Assembly: GCA_017308255.1 (NCBI GenBank)
Contig: JAFKFN010000017.1
Span: forward strand, 11,386-75,385
Origin: Altererythrobacter sp.
GTDB taxonomy: Bacteria > Pseudomonadota > Alphaproteobacteria > Sphingomonadales > Sphingomonadaceae
Direction: 5' to 3'
DNA: 64,000 bases
The notes below the pieces were generated by a model that saw nothing but the letters and a program-made list of their open reading frames with translations, was not told the origin of the DNA and ran no database searches. Position numbers and translations under genes: made by a program. Below, one piece after another: positions 1-10,125 of this stretch; the stretch's first letter is position 1, and each line of letters starts with the position of its first letter.

Positions 1-2
1 AG

Positions 3-2378
3 ACCAGCCGGGTGAAGGACATCGCCGATGCGGCGAAGAAGGCTGACCGGCTGATCCTGGCCACCGACCCCGATCGCGAGGGGGAGGCGATTTCATGGCA
101 CGTGCGCGAGCTGCTGGCCAAGCGCAAGGCGCTGCCCAAGGAGGTGGAACGCGTCACCTTCAACGCCATCACCAAGCAGGCGGTGACGGAGGCGATGGCG
201 CATCCGCGGGCGCTCGATACCGATCTGATCGACGCCTATCTCGCCCGGCGCGCGCTGGACTACCTGTTCGGCTTCACCCTTTCCCCGGTGCTGTGGCGCA
301 AGCTGCCCGGCGCCAAGAGCGCGGGGCGCGTGCAATCGGTGGCGCTGCGCCTGATCGTCGATCGGGAGCGTGAGATCGAAGCCTTCGTGCCGCAGGAATA
401 CTGGTCGGTCGTGGCGCGGATGCAGCATGACGGGGCAGAGTTCGACGCGCGGCTGGTCACGTTCGACGGGCAGAAGCTGGAACGCCTGTCCATCGGTGAC
501 AAGGGCACGGCCGATCGGGCGAAAGCGGCGGTGGAATCCGGGCGCTTCACGGTGGAGCAGGTCGAGACCAAGCCGCTCAAGCGCAATCCCGCGCCGCCGT
601 TCACCACGTCCACCTTGCAGCAGGAAGCCGCGCGCAAGCTGGGCTTTTCGGCCAGCCACACGATGCGGCTGGCGCAGAACCTCTATGAAGCGGGCGCGAT
701 CACCTACATGCGTACCGACGGGGTGCAGATGGATCACAGCGCGATCAGCGCCGCGCGCAAGGCCATCGCCGATCGGTTCAGCGGGCATTACCTGCCCGAT
801 ACGCCGCGCATCTATCAGACCAAGGCCAAGAACGCGCAGGAAGCGCACGAGGCGATCCGGCCCACGGATTTCACCCGCGACCGGGCGGGGACGGGCGACG
901 AGGCCCGGCTTTACGAGCTGATCTTCAAGCGCGCCATGGCCAGCCAGATGGCCGCCGCCAGCCTGGAACGGACGAGCGTGACCCTGCGCGATCCCACCGG
1001 CCGGCACGAGCTGCGCGCCATTGGGCAGGTGGTGAAGTTCCCCGGCTTCCTGGCGGTGTACGAGGAAAGCTTCGACCAGAAGGCGGACGACGATGGAGAC
1101 GAGGGCCTGCTGCCGGTGATGCGCCAGGGCGATGCTCCGGCCAAGCTGGGCGTTTTGGCGGACCAGCACTTCACCCAGCCGCCGCCCCGCTATTCCGAGG
1201 CAAGCCTGGTCAAACGGCTGGAGGAACTCGGCATCGGCCGGCCATCGACTTACGCCTCGACTCTCCACGTGCTCAAGGATCGCGCCTATGTCCGCACGGA
1301 GAAGAACCGCTTCTTCGCGGAGGATTCGGGTCGGCTGCTGACGGCCTTCCTCGAACGCTTCTTCCCCCGCTACGTCGCCTACGATTTCACCGCGGAGATG
1401 GAGGAGGAGTTGGACGACGTCTCCGGCGGGCGGGCGGCATGGAAGGAAGTGCTCGAAGCCTTCTGGCGCGACTTCAAGCCGAAGAGCGACGAGGTGATGG
1501 AGCGCAAGCCCTCCGAAGTCACCGAAGTGCTCGACGAATTCCTGTCGGACTATCTCTTTCCGCCCCAGGCGGATGGCGGCGATCCCCGGCAATGCCCCCG
1601 ATGCGTAGCCGAAGGCCGCGCCGGCGGGCGCCTGTCGCTGCGCGGCGGGCGTTACGGCGCGTTCATCGCCTGCTCGAATTACCCGGAGTGCAATTTCCGC
1701 CGCAAGTTCGGCCAGCCGGACAGCGAGGGGGAAGGCGCCGAGGACGAGGCCATGGGCAAGGACCCCGCCAGCGGCCTGGAGATCCACCGCAAGACCGGCC
1801 GCTTCGGACCATACGTGCAGATGGGCGAAGGCAAGGACGCCAAGCGCGCCTCCATCCCCAAGGACCTGCCCGATTTCGATCTGGAATGGGCGATCAAGCT
1901 GCTGAGCCTGCCGCGCGAGATCGGCCCGCATCCCGAAAGCGGCAAGCCGATCACCGCCAGCATCGGCCGCTATGGCCCCTACCTGGCGCATGACGGCAAG
2001 TACGCCAAGTTGCAGTCCACCCGTGACGTGTTCGAAACGGGCATGAACAGCGCCGTGGCCTTGCTGGCCGAAGCCGCCAATCGCGGCAGCGGCGGCGGCC
2101 GGGCCAAGGCGGAGCCGATCAAGACGCTGGGCGCGCACCCCACCAGCGGCGGCGAGATCAAGGTCATGCCGGGCCGCTATGGCCCCTATGTCACCGACGG
2201 CACGACCAACGCCACGCTACCCAAGGATGTGAAGCCCGAGGACGTGACCGAAGAACAGGCGATAAGCCTGATCGACGCCCGCGCGGCCAAGGGGCCGGCA
2301 AAGAAGAAGGCGGCGCGCAAGAAAGCGCCGGCGAAGAAGGCCCCGGCAAAGAAGGCTCCGGCGAAGAAGAAGACGTAG
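3..2378 (+). CDS. topA: DNA topoisomerase I (5'-truncated by window edge)
   Basis: TOPRIM LATDPDREGEAI, SAGRVQS, active-site ITYMRTD, one C4 zinc ribbon, C-terminal GRYGPY repeats and KKAPAKK tail. Confidence 0.98.
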   Translation, partial: TSRVKDIADAAKKADRLILATDPDREGEAISWHVRELLAKRKALPKEVERVTFNAITKQAVTEAMAHPRALDTDLIDAYLARRALDYLFGFTLSPVLWRKLPGAKSAGRVQSVALRLIVDREREIEAFVPQEYWSVVARMQHDGAEFDARLVTFDGQKLERLSIGDKGTADRAKAAVESGRFTVEQVETKPLKRNPAPPFTTSTLQQEAARKLGFSASHTMRLAQNLYEAGAITYMRTDGVQMDHSAISAARKAIADRFSGHYLPDTPRIYQTKAKNAQEAHEAIRPTDFTRDRAGTGDEARLYELIFKRAMASQMAAASLERTSVTLRDPTGRHELRAIGQVVKFPGFLAVYEESFDQKADDDGDEGLLPVMRQGDAPAKLGVLADQHFTQPPPRYSEASLVKRLEELGIGRPSTYASTLHVLKDRAYVRTEKNRFFAEDSGRLLTAFLERFFPRYVAYDFTAEMEEELDDVSGGRAAWKEVLEAFWRDFKPKSDEVMERKPSEVTEVLDEFLSDYLFPPQADGGDPRQCPRCVAEGRAGGRLSLRGGRYGAFIACSNYPECNFRRKFGQPDSEGEGAEDEAMGKDPASGLEIHRKTGRFGPYVQMGEGKDAKRASIPKDLPDFDLEWAIKLLSLPREIGPHPESGKPITASIGRYGPYLAHDGKYAKLQSTRDVFETGMNSAVALLAEAANRGSGGGRAKAEPIKTLGAHPTSGGEIKVMPGRYGPYVTDGTTNATLPKDVKPEDVTEEQAISLIDARAAKGPAKKKAARKKAPAKKAPAKKAPAKKKT

Positions 2379-2521
2379 CTGGGCGTATGAAACCCCGCCT
2401 CGGCTTTCGCGGCCGGGGCTTGAAGCTTCGAGGCAAGGCCTCCACAGCGGGGGGAAACGCGCCCGTATCGCCAAGCCGGCGATCAGCGGGCCGAGCGCCC
2501 CATCGAAGGAGAAGGCCGATC

Positions 2522-2701
2522 ATGAGCGAACGTTTCGAACGCCATCGCCAGCCGTGGCGCTCCGACGAAGTCGCCAAGCTCAAGGTGCTGGCGGGCAAGG
2601 GCAAGGGCCTGAAGGAAATCGCCAAGGCTCTCGGCCGTACCGAGGAATCGACCAAGGAGCGGGCCAAGATCGACGGCGTGGGCATCGCCAAAAAGCGCTG
2701 A
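2522..2701 (+). CDS. 59-aa small HTH-like protein
   Basis: SD AGGAG before ATG 2522; W-x3-EV-x2-L...LKEIAKALGRT pattern. Confidence 0.7.
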   Translation: MSERFERHRQPWRSDEVAKLKVLAGKGKGLKEIAKALGRTEESTKERAKIDGVGIAKKR

Positions 2702-2746
2702 TTTTACCGGGTTGAAGCTTCGCCGCCATCGCGCCACATGGGCGCG

Positions 2747-4195
2747 ATGCTTGAAGCGCGCGATCATGAGCCGACGCCGGCCCGGGTGAGTCTGGCGACG
2801 CCCACGCGTCGGCCCGATGCTGACGGCCTCCCGTTTCCTCGCCGCTATTGGGCCATTGCCGCGATCAGCTTCGGCACGGCGCTGCTGGTGCTCGACGGCT
2901 CCATCGCCAATGTCGCGCTGCCGACGATCGCGCGCGACCTGGGGGTGGAGAACAGCGTGGTGACCAACGTGGTCACCGTCTACCAGCTCGTGCTCGTCAT
3001 GGTGCTGCTGCCGTTCGCCAGCGTGGGTGACAAGATCGGCCATCGGCGGCTCTACCAGTACGGGCAAGTGCTGTTCATGATTGCCTCCGGCCTGTGCCTG
3101 CTGGCGAACAACTTCGCCTTCCTGCTGGTGCTGCGCACCTTGCAGGCGATGGGGGCGGGCATGGCGCTCAGCGTCTCTTCGGCGATGGTGCGGCAGATAT
3201 ATCCGGCCAGCAAGCTCGGCACCGGGATGGGCATCAACAGCGTGATCGTCGCTTCCTCGGCCGCGGCGGCGCCCACGCTCGGCGGGTTCATCGCCGATGC
3301 CGCGCCCTGGCAATGGGTGTTCGTCGTCGCGGCTCCGCTGGCGGTGTTCTCTCTGCTGCTCGGCCGGGCGCTGCCCGATCCCGAGCCGCGCCCGATACCC
3401 ATGGAATGGATCAGCGGGGCGTGGAGCGCGGGCACGATGCTGCTGGTGATCGGCGGAATCCAGGTGGCGACCCACGGCGATCTGAATATCGGCGTCGCGC
3501 TGGCGCTGGCCGGGCTGCTGTCGCTGGCGCTGCTGATCCGGCGCGAACGCTCGCGCGCGGAGCCGGTGGTGCCGGTGGACCTGCTGGCCAAGCCGGTGCT
3601 GGGGCTTTCCGCGCTGGCGGCGTTCGCCTGCTTCATCTCCTCCGGCGCGCTGATGCTGTCGCTGCCGTTCCGCTTGCAGGAAGTCATGGGCTACGGCCCG
3701 CAGGAGGCGGGGCTGCTGCTCCTGCCGTTCCCCCTGACGATGCTGGTCGTCTCGCCCCTGGCGGGCTGGCTGTCGGACCGCGTGGCGCCGACCAAGCTGG
3801 GCGTTTCAGGCATGGTGGTGGCGATCGTCGGCCTGCTGCTGCTGGCCTTCATGCCCACCCACCCGGACGAATTCGCCATCGCCTGGCGGCTGAGCCTTAC
3901 CGCGGTGGGCTTCGGCCTGTTCTTCTCGCCCAATTCGCGGCTGCTTATCGGCCGCGCCCCGCGCGAGCGGGCGGCGGCGGCCGGCGGCCTGCTGTCGACC
4001 TCGCGCCTGCTGGGGCAGACCATGGCGGCGGTGGTGGTCGGCATTCTGCTGGCGACCGGCGCCGGCCTGGGGCCGACACCCCTGATGGTGAGCTGCGCGC
4101 TGGCGGTGGTGGCGGCGCTGTGCAGCCTGGCGCGGTTCCGCACCGCCAGCCGCACGCGCGGACAACAGGTGGCATCGGCCAGCCAGCCGACTTAG
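2747..4195 (+). CDS. MFS transporter, DHA2 (EmrB/QacA-like)
   Basis: LDGSIANVALPTIARDL, GDKIGHRR motif A, WQWVF, about 14 hydrophobic segments; start 2738 or 2747. Confidence 0.92.
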   Translation: MLEARDHEPTPARVSLATPTRRPDADGLPFPRRYWAIAAISFGTALLVLDGSIANVALPTIARDLGVENSVVTNVVTVYQLVLVMVLLPFASVGDKIGHRRLYQYGQVLFMIASGLCLLANNFAFLLVLRTLQAMGAGMALSVSSAMVRQIYPASKLGTGMGINSVIVASSAAAAPTLGGFIADAAPWQWVFVVAAPLAVFSLLLGRALPDPEPRPIPMEWISGAWSAGTMLLVIGGIQVATHGDLNIGVALALAGLLSLALLIRRERSRAEPVVPVDLLAKPVLGLSALAAFACFISSGALMLSLPFRLQEVMGYGPQEAGLLLLPFPLTMLVVSPLAGWLSDRVAPTKLGVSGMVVAIVGLLLLAFMPTHPDEFAIAWRLSLTAVGFGLFFSPNSRLLIGRAPRERAAAAGGLLSTSRLLGQTMAAVVVGILLATGAGLGPTPLMVSCALAVVAALCSLARFRTASRTRGQQVASASQPT

Positions 4196-5109
4196 CGCAC
4201 CCAGTCCAGCCCCATTTCCTCGTAGATCTCGCGGCTTTCGGCCCAGTTCTCTTCCACCTTGACGTGGAGGAACAGGTGCACCGGCACGCCCAGCATTTCG
4301 CTCAGTTCCTTGCGCGCGGCTTCGCCGATGGCCTTGATTCGCGCGCCGCGCCGGCCGAGCACGATCGGCTTCTGGCTGTCGCGTCCGACGACGATCTGCT
4401 GATGGATCTCGATGCTGCCGTCCTTGCGAACCTGATAGCGTTCGGGCCGCACCGCGCTGTCATAGGGCAGTTCTTCGTGAAGCTGGCGATAAAGCTGCTC
4501 CCGCGTCACTTCGGCGGCCAGCAGGCGCTCGCTGGCGTCCGACACCTGGTCTTCCGGATAGTGCCACGGCCCCACGGGCATCAGCGCGGCAAGGTGGGCT
4601 TTCAGTTCCGGCACGCCGTCGCCGGTGAGCGCGGAAATGAAGAACACCTCGGCGAAATCGACCTTGCCGGTGAGGGCCTGCGCCAGTTCGAGCAGCTTTT
4701 CCTTGGGGCTGGCGTCCACCTTGTTGATCGCCAGAAGCTTGCGCTCGGGCCGGTTCCTCAGCGTTTCCAGCAGGGGCTCCAGCTCATGCCGGCGCTGCTT
4801 GATCGGATCGACCACCAGCAGCACCGCATCGGCCGCCACGGCGCCTTCCCAGGCGGCGTTCACCATCGCCCGGTCGAGCCGCCGCTTGGGGGCGAAGATG
4901 CCCGGCGTATCGGCGAGGATGATCTGGGTTTCGTCCCCGTTTTCCGTTTTGGCCAGCGCGATGCCCAGCAGCCGCGCGCGCGTGGTCTGCGCCTTGGCGC
5001 TGGTGATCGCCACTTTCTGCCCCACGAGCTGGTTGACCAGCGTGGACTTGCCCGCGTTCGGCGCGCCGATCACGGCGACGACGCCGCAGCGGCTTTGCAC
5101 TTCACTCAC
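4192..5109 (-). CDS. era: GTPase Era
   Basis: GAPNAGKST, DTPG, NKVD, KH domain ending LFLHVKV; GTG start overlaps rnc stop. Confidence 0.97.
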   Translation of the reverse strand: MSEVQSRCGVVAVIGAPNAGKSTLVNQLVGQKVAITSAKAQTTRARLLGIALAKTENGDETQIILADTPGIFAPKRRLDRAMVNAAWEGAVAADAVLLVVDPIKQRRHELEPLLETLRNRPERKLLAINKVDASPKEKLLELAQALTGKVDFAEVFFISALTGDGVPELKAHLAALMPVGPWHYPEDQVSDASERLLAAEVTREQLYRQLHEELPYDSAVRPERYQVRKDGSIEIHQQIVVGRDSQKPIVLGRRGARIKAIGEAARKELSEMLGVPVHLFLHVKVEENWAESREIYEEMGLDWVR

Positions 5110-5777
5110 CCGAACTTCTCCATGAACAGCCGCGCCGCTTCGGTTTCGGCTTCCTGCTTGCTGCCGGCGGTGGCGTCCACTTCGCCGACATTCTTCACGC
5201 TGACCCGAACGGTGAACCGGGCCGCATGATCCGGGCCGGAGCGGCCGACGACCTCGTATTCCGGCGGCTTGCGGCGGTTGCCGGCGGCCCATTCCTGCAG
5301 CGCGCTCTTGGGATGCTTGGCCCGCCCCGCGCGGCCTTCCAGCGCTTCGGCCCACAGCGCGAGCACGGTGGCGCGGGTTGCCGGAAAGCCGCTTTCGATG
5401 AAGCCGGCCCCGATCAGCGCTTCCATCACGTCGCCCAGCACGTTGTCGCTATCGGCCGCGCCGTCGTCACGGGCCTGCTTGCCCAGGCGGACATGCTCCG
5501 GCGCGCCGATCTCGCGCGCGATCCGGGCGCACATCGTGCGCGCCACCAGCGCGTTCAGCCGCAGGGCCAGCTCACCCTCGCTGGCGGCGTTGCGGCGATA
5601 GAGCCATTCGGCGATCGACAGGCCCAGCACCCGATCGCCCAGGAACTCCAGCCGCTCATAGTCGCGGGCCGATCCGGTGCTGCCGTGAGTCAGCGCCTCG
5701 GCCCACAGCGCCTCGTCCTTCACGGCAAAGCCCAGCGCTTCCAGCCAGGCGCGCGTTTCCTTGTCCAGCGCGCTCAA
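5106..5777 (-). CDS. rnc: Ribonuclease III
   Basis: YERLEFLGDRVLGL signature, dsRBD (HPKSALQEW); TTG start overlaps lepB stop. Confidence 0.97.
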   Translation of the reverse strand: MSALDKETRAWLEALGFAVKDEALWAEALTHGSTGSARDYERLEFLGDRVLGLSIAEWLYRRNAASEGELALRLNALVARTMCARIAREIGAPEHVRLGKQARDDGAADSDNVLGDVMEALIGAGFIESGFPATRATVLALWAEALEGRAGRAKHPKSALQEWAAGNRRKPPEYEVVGRSGPDHAARFTVRVSVKNVGEVDATAGSKQEAETEAARLFMEKFG

Positions 5778-6613
5778 ATGGAACGCCCGATGCGATTCCA
5801 CCGCGCGGCGGTGAACCAGGTCCACGGCTTGATCCAGCTGGCTGTGCCGTCGGTGGAGAAGAACATGAAGCTGGCGCGGCCGACGAGGTTGTCCACCGAC
5901 ACCAGGCCCACGCCCTGATCGGCGACCGGCGGGAAGCGGCTGTCCATCGAATTGTCGCGATTGTCACCCATCAGGAACAGGCGCCCTTCGGGGACGATCA
6001 CCGGCGGCGTGACGTCCTGCGGGCGGAAGCCGAGATCGAGCACGTCATAGCCGACGCCGTTGGGCAAGGTCTCGTGATAGCGGGGATAGCGGCAGCCGAA
6101 CCGCCCGTCCTCCAGCTTCACCGTGAACTGCACGCCTGCCTTGCACCCTTCGTTGGGCCGCTGCGGCAGGACGAAATCGTCGATCCGGTGCTTGGGCACG
6201 GGCTTGCCGTTGAGTACGATCTGCCCGGCGACCATCTGCACCGTATCGCCCGGCAGGCCGATCACCCGCTTGATGTAATCGACCCGGTCCACCGGATGCT
6301 TGAAGATCACCACGTCGCCGCGCTTGGGCAAATGGCCGAACAGGCGGCCGGAGCCGATGTTGATATCCAGCGGCAACGAGGCGCGCGAATAGCCATAGGG
6401 CCATTTCGCCGCGAACAGGTAATCGCCTTCCAGCAGCCGCGGCATCATCGATTCGCTGGGGATCACGAAACTGGTGAAGACGAAGGTGCGAAACACCAGC
6501 ACCACCAGCACCAGCTTGACCAGGAACCAGAGGAAGCTGCCTTCCTCCTTCTTCTTCTTTCCGGCCTTGGGCTCGGCCGCAGGCGCGGCGTTTTCGGAAA
6601 CGGTATCGTTCAT
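5774..6613 (-). CDS. lepB: Signal peptidase I
   Basis: IPSESMMP (Ser), DYIKRVIGLPGD (Lys), GDNRDNSMDSR; canonical lepB-rnc-era order. Confidence 0.96.
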   Translation of the reverse strand: MNDTVSENAAPAAEPKAGKKKKEEGSFLWFLVKLVLVVLVFRTFVFTSFVIPSESMMPRLLEGDYLFAAKWPYGYSRASLPLDINIGSGRLFGHLPKRGDVVIFKHPVDRVDYIKRVIGLPGDTVQMVAGQIVLNGKPVPKHRIDDFVLPQRPNEGCKAGVQFTVKLEDGRFGCRYPRYHETLPNGVGYDVLDLGFRPQDVTPPVIVPEGRLFLMGDNRDNSMDSRFPPVADQGVGLVSVDNLVGRASFMFFSTDGTASWIKPWTWFTAARWNRIGRSI

Positions 6614-6785
6614 CGCGCCGGCCCGCGTGCGGGGGGTGTTGACGGTGTTGACACTGTCCTGAGCGAAACCCGCAGGGCCACCGCGCCCGCGCCCGAACGG
6701 GCCGCGATCCACGGGAATTTGCCGTTTGCAATCATGGGGTGAGGCCCTAACCCTTTTGTCCGTCACTAGGAAAGGGGAAACGCCT

Positions 6786-8327
6786 GTGTCCGATGCGCGC
6801 GAAGCCGCCTGGAAGCGCCTGAAGGCGGGTTCCGAAACGCTTGTCGAATTGTTCGCGGCGGATCCCGATCGCGCGAGCAAGCTTTCCGCCCGGTTTGAGC
6901 TGGAACAGGGCGGCATGCTGTTCGACTGGTCGAAAACCCATCTGACCGATGCCTTGCTGACCGGGTTCGAGGCGCTGGCGGAGGCCGCCGGATTCGGTGA
7001 GAAGCGGCGCCGGATGTTCGCTGGCGAGGTGGTCAATCCCACGGAGAACCGCGCCGCCGAACACACCGCGCTGCGCGGCGTGGGCAAGGCGGCGAGCGTG
7101 GAGGAAGCCGCTGCCTTGCGTGAGCGGATGAAGCTGCTGGTGGAGGCGATCCACGAAGGCGTGCTGGGCGACGTGCGCCACCTGATCCACATCGGCATCG
7201 GCGGTTCCGCCCTGGGGCCGGCGCTGGCGGTGGATGCGCTGGCGCGCGACCTGGCGCTGGTGGATGTCCACGTGGTCTCGAACATCGACGGCCTGGCGCT
7301 GGAAGAAGCCTTCGCCGCCTGCGATCCTGCTACGACGCTGATCGCGGTGGCCAGCAAGACCTTCACCACTGTCGAAACGATGACCAATGCCGCCAGCGCC
7401 CAGGCGTGGCTGGCGGACAACGGCGTCGCCGATCCGTCGGGCCGGGTTATCGCGTTGACCGCCTCTCCCGAAAAGGCGGTGCACTGGGGCGTGGACGAAA
7501 CGCGCATCCTGCCTTTCGCGGAAAGCGTGGGCGGGCGTTATTCGATCTGGTCTTCGATCGGTTTCCCCATCGCGCTGGCTACCGGGTGGGAGGATTTCGA
7601 AGCGATGCTGGCCGGCGCAGCGGCGATGGACGCGCATTTCCGCGATACCGACGGGCGGGCGAACCTGTGCCTGCTGGCCGCTTTCGCCGACCAGCTCTAT
7701 GCGCGGCTGAAAGGGGCCGAAACCCGGGCCGTGTTCGCTTATGACGAGCGGCTGCGGCTGCTGCCCGATTACCTCCAGCAGCTGGAGATGGAATCGAACG
7801 GCAAGCGGGTGACGCTGGAAGGCAAGCCGGTGGACGGCCCCACCGCGCCGATCACCTGGGGCGGGTTGGGCACCGATGCGCAGCACGCGGTGTTCCAGCT
7901 GCTCCACCAGGGTACGCACCTGGTGCCGATCGAATTCATCGCCAGCATCGCGCCGGGCGACCAGCTCGATCCCGAGCACCACCGCATCCTGCTGATGAAC
8001 TGTTTCGCGCAAGGTGCCGCGCTGATGGCCGGCCGGGCCAGCACCGATCCCGCGCGCGCCTATCCCGGCGACCGGCCGAGCGCCACGGTGCTGGTCGACG
8101 ATCTCGATCCCGCGACGCTGGGCGCGCTGATCGCGTTCCACGAACATCGCACTTTCGCCAATGCCGTGCTGATGGACATCAACCCGTTCGATCAGTTCGG
8201 CGTGGAGCTGGGCAAGGAGATCGCCCACAAGATCGAACAGGGCGGCGAACGCTTCGACGCCAGCACCGAAGCCCTGCTGAAGGCGGCGGGGTTGGAGGCA
8301 CCTTCCCCTCGTCGCCAGAGCGGATAG
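6786..8327 (+). CDS. pgi: Glucose-6-phosphate isomerase
   Basis: GIGGSALGP, SKTFTT, GGRYS, QQLEMESNGK, FDQFGVELGK. Confidence 0.97.
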   Translation: MSDAREAAWKRLKAGSETLVELFAADPDRASKLSARFELEQGGMLFDWSKTHLTDALLTGFEALAEAAGFGEKRRRMFAGEVVNPTENRAAEHTALRGVGKAASVEEAAALRERMKLLVEAIHEGVLGDVRHLIHIGIGGSALGPALAVDALARDLALVDVHVVSNIDGLALEEAFAACDPATTLIAVASKTFTTVETMTNAASAQAWLADNGVADPSGRVIALTASPEKAVHWGVDETRILPFAESVGGRYSIWSSIGFPIALATGWEDFEAMLAGAAAMDAHFRDTDGRANLCLLAAFADQLYARLKGAETRAVFAYDERLRLLPDYLQQLEMESNGKRVTLEGKPVDGPTAPITWGGLGTDAQHAVFQLLHQGTHLVPIEFIASIAPGDQLDPEHHRILLMNCFAQGAALMAGRASTDPARAYPGDRPSATVLVDDLDPATLGALIAFHEHRTFANAVLMDINPFDQFGVELGKEIAHKIEQGGERFDASTEALLKAAGLEAPSPRRQSG

Positions 8328-8338
8328 CGGGAACGGTC

Positions 8339-8959
8339 GTGACCATCCGTTTCGCCTTTGCCGCCATTCTCCTGCTGTTCGGTGCGCATCCTGCAATGGG
8401 CGCGTGTCTCGATGGTACTGTGCGGCCGATCGATTTCTTTGCGCCCACTCCGGGCCAAATCGTATTTGTCGCTGCCCCATCGTTGCAGGATCCCGTCCGG
8501 GGCTATGTCGTCCGCGTTTCTTCCGCCGGTCCTCAGGAGCCCCAGCCCAAGATCGAAGTGATCCAGCTTCTTAGGGACGATGGTTGTCCTCACTGGAGCA
8601 TGGAGAAGCAATGGAAAGCATCGCTGACGGCGGACGAACATGCCGAAGTTGTGCGGGCGGCGATGGCCTGGATGACGCCGCGGAACCCAGCTTCCAGCTT
8701 CCGTTCGGCGTGGCCCGACGATAGGGCATCGAGGGAAGGAGTGGACGGCGCGCTGCGGCTCCCCCCACCGCCGCCAGCGACCGACGGAACGCAGGTCGTG
8801 CTGCGACTGAGAGGGAGCGGCTGGGAAATTCTTCGCTACGAAAACCATTCTACAAAGGATGGCGCGGCGTTATCGGCGATTTTCTACCCCCTTGTGGCGA
8901 AATATGTTCCGGCACCGGATATTCCCACGAGTGACTGGCGCACCCGGACGAATGAATAG
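8339..8959 (+). CDS. Hypothetical exported protein
   Basis: 206-aa ORF with signal-peptide-like N-terminus; codon usage looks less GC3-rich than neighbours; no recognisable family. Confidence 0.55.
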   Translation: MTIRFAFAAILLLFGAHPAMGACLDGTVRPIDFFAPTPGQIVFVAAPSLQDPVRGYVVRVSSAGPQEPQPKIEVIQLLRDDGCPHWSMEKQWKASLTADEHAEVVRAAMAWMTPRNPASSFRSAWPDDRASREGVDGALRLPPPPPATDGTQVVLRLRGSGWEILRYENHSTKDGAALSAIFYPLVAKYVPAPDIPTSDWRTRTNE

Positions 8960-9027
8960 CCGTTTCAGGGGAATGGCCGGAAGGCTTTCAAGCGATTTTG
9001 CGCGAAATCGAATCTCACCGAAAGCCG

Positions 9028-9306
9028 CTATTCGACCTCTTCCGTTTCCTCCGCGCGCATCCGGGTGAAATCCGGCCGCAGCACGGCGCCGAAATCGTCT
9101 TCCGGCGGCGTGGCGCGCACATGGATATAAGGCACCCAGACATCGCCGTATTCGGCGCGCTGGTACCACAGGTCGAGCACGTCGTAGGACGACCATTCGC
9201 CATCGGGGCCTTGCAGGCGGATGCCTTCGCCGATGCGCGGCACGGCGATGAACTTCAGCCGCACCTGGTTCTGGTGAGTCTCGTTCTGGATTTCGATTTC
9301 GATCAA
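9028..9306 (-). CDS. Small acidic hypothetical protein
   Basis: 92 aa, host-like codon usage, fills the intergenic gap. Confidence 0.7.
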   Translation of the reverse strand: MIEIEIQNETHQNQVRLKFIAVPRIGEGIRLQGPDGEWSSYDVLDLWYQRAEYGDVWVPYIHVRATPPEDDFGAVLRPDFTRMRAEETEEVE

Positions 9307-9452
9307 CGTCGCAATTCCCCGGCGGCCCGCCGCGCCGCCCGCAGCGGAATTTCCCGCAAATTCAACGGCGACGCCCGAAGGGGGTAGGGCAAGACGGCTT
9401 CGCCTGAGTTTAGGCTCGTGGTTAATGGCCCGGCAGGGCGATCAATGGGCGA

Positions 9453-10025
9453 TCAGCGGGCAGGGCGGATGAACGGCACGATCATCGGTACGCGGGCGCG
9501 ATAGCCCTGGTAACCGCCCACCTCGCGTTCGAGGAACCGTTCCTCCACCCTGGCCTTCAAGGCGAAGCCCGCCGCGAACAGCACCAGGCCGAGCAGGGCC
9601 CAGGGCGTCGCGCGGATCACCGCCATGGCCGCGGCCGCGGCGATCAGGCCGGTATAGATCGGATGGCGCACCAGGGCATAAGGCCCGCTGTCCACCACCC
9701 GGTGATCGGCCATGCGTTCTATGCCGCCCGACCACAGCGTGCCCAGATGAATCCGCGCCCACCAGGCGAACAGGATGCCGCCCAGCGTCAGTGCCTCCAT
9801 CGACCAGCCCAGCAATGGGCTGATCGGCCACAGCAGTGGCCCGGCCAGGCTGGGAAGGGCGTTGAACAGCAGGAAGAAACCCAGCGCGATCATCACGAAA
9901 TGCAGCCGGTATTCACGGCGCGGCGCCTGGACGGTCGGCTTGCCGCGCCAGAAGGCGGCGATGTGCCAGGTGACGAACCAGGCGGCCCACAGGCCCACCG
10001 CGACGATGAAGAAGGTCCCCAGCAT
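9453..10025 (-). CDS. Isoprenylcysteine carboxylmethyltransferase (ICMT/PEMT) family membrane protein
   Basis: GPYALVRHPIYTG and KARVEERFL motifs. Confidence 0.9.
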   Translation of the reverse strand: MLGTFFIVAVGLWAAWFVTWHIAAFWRGKPTVQAPRREYRLHFVMIALGFFLLFNALPSLAGPLLWPISPLLGWSMEALTLGGILFAWWARIHLGTLWSGGIERMADHRVVDSGPYALVRHPIYTGLIAAAAAMAVIRATPWALLGLVLFAAGFALKARVEERFLEREVGGYQGYRARVPMIVPFIRPAR

Positions 10026-10096
10026 GAACCGCCCTTGTAGCGCGCGGGCCGGACCGCCGGAAGGACTCGATCATTGCCCGGATGCGCAAGATTCAT

Positions 10097-10125
10097 TTGA
10101 CTTTTCCGAAGCGCGCGACCATCTG
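10097..10125 (+). promoter_or_regulatory. Candidate sigma70 promoter of the DEAD-box helicase
   Basis: TTGACT-N17-CATCTG about 165 nt upstream of ATG 10290. Confidence 0.4.

Noticed and set aside
93-2138. Long antisense ORFs opposite topA, pgi, helicase, gor, trb and RND genes
   Set aside because: Expected shadow frames in high-GC DNA with strong codon bias; no motifs
2300-2378. KKAPA repeats at the topA end as a novel repeat
   Set aside because: Lys/Ala-rich tails are a common topoisomerase I feature
9410-9426. CtrA box upstream of the 92-aa gene
   Set aside because: Half-sites TTAA/CTAA are 8 nt apart rather than 7; too weak to call
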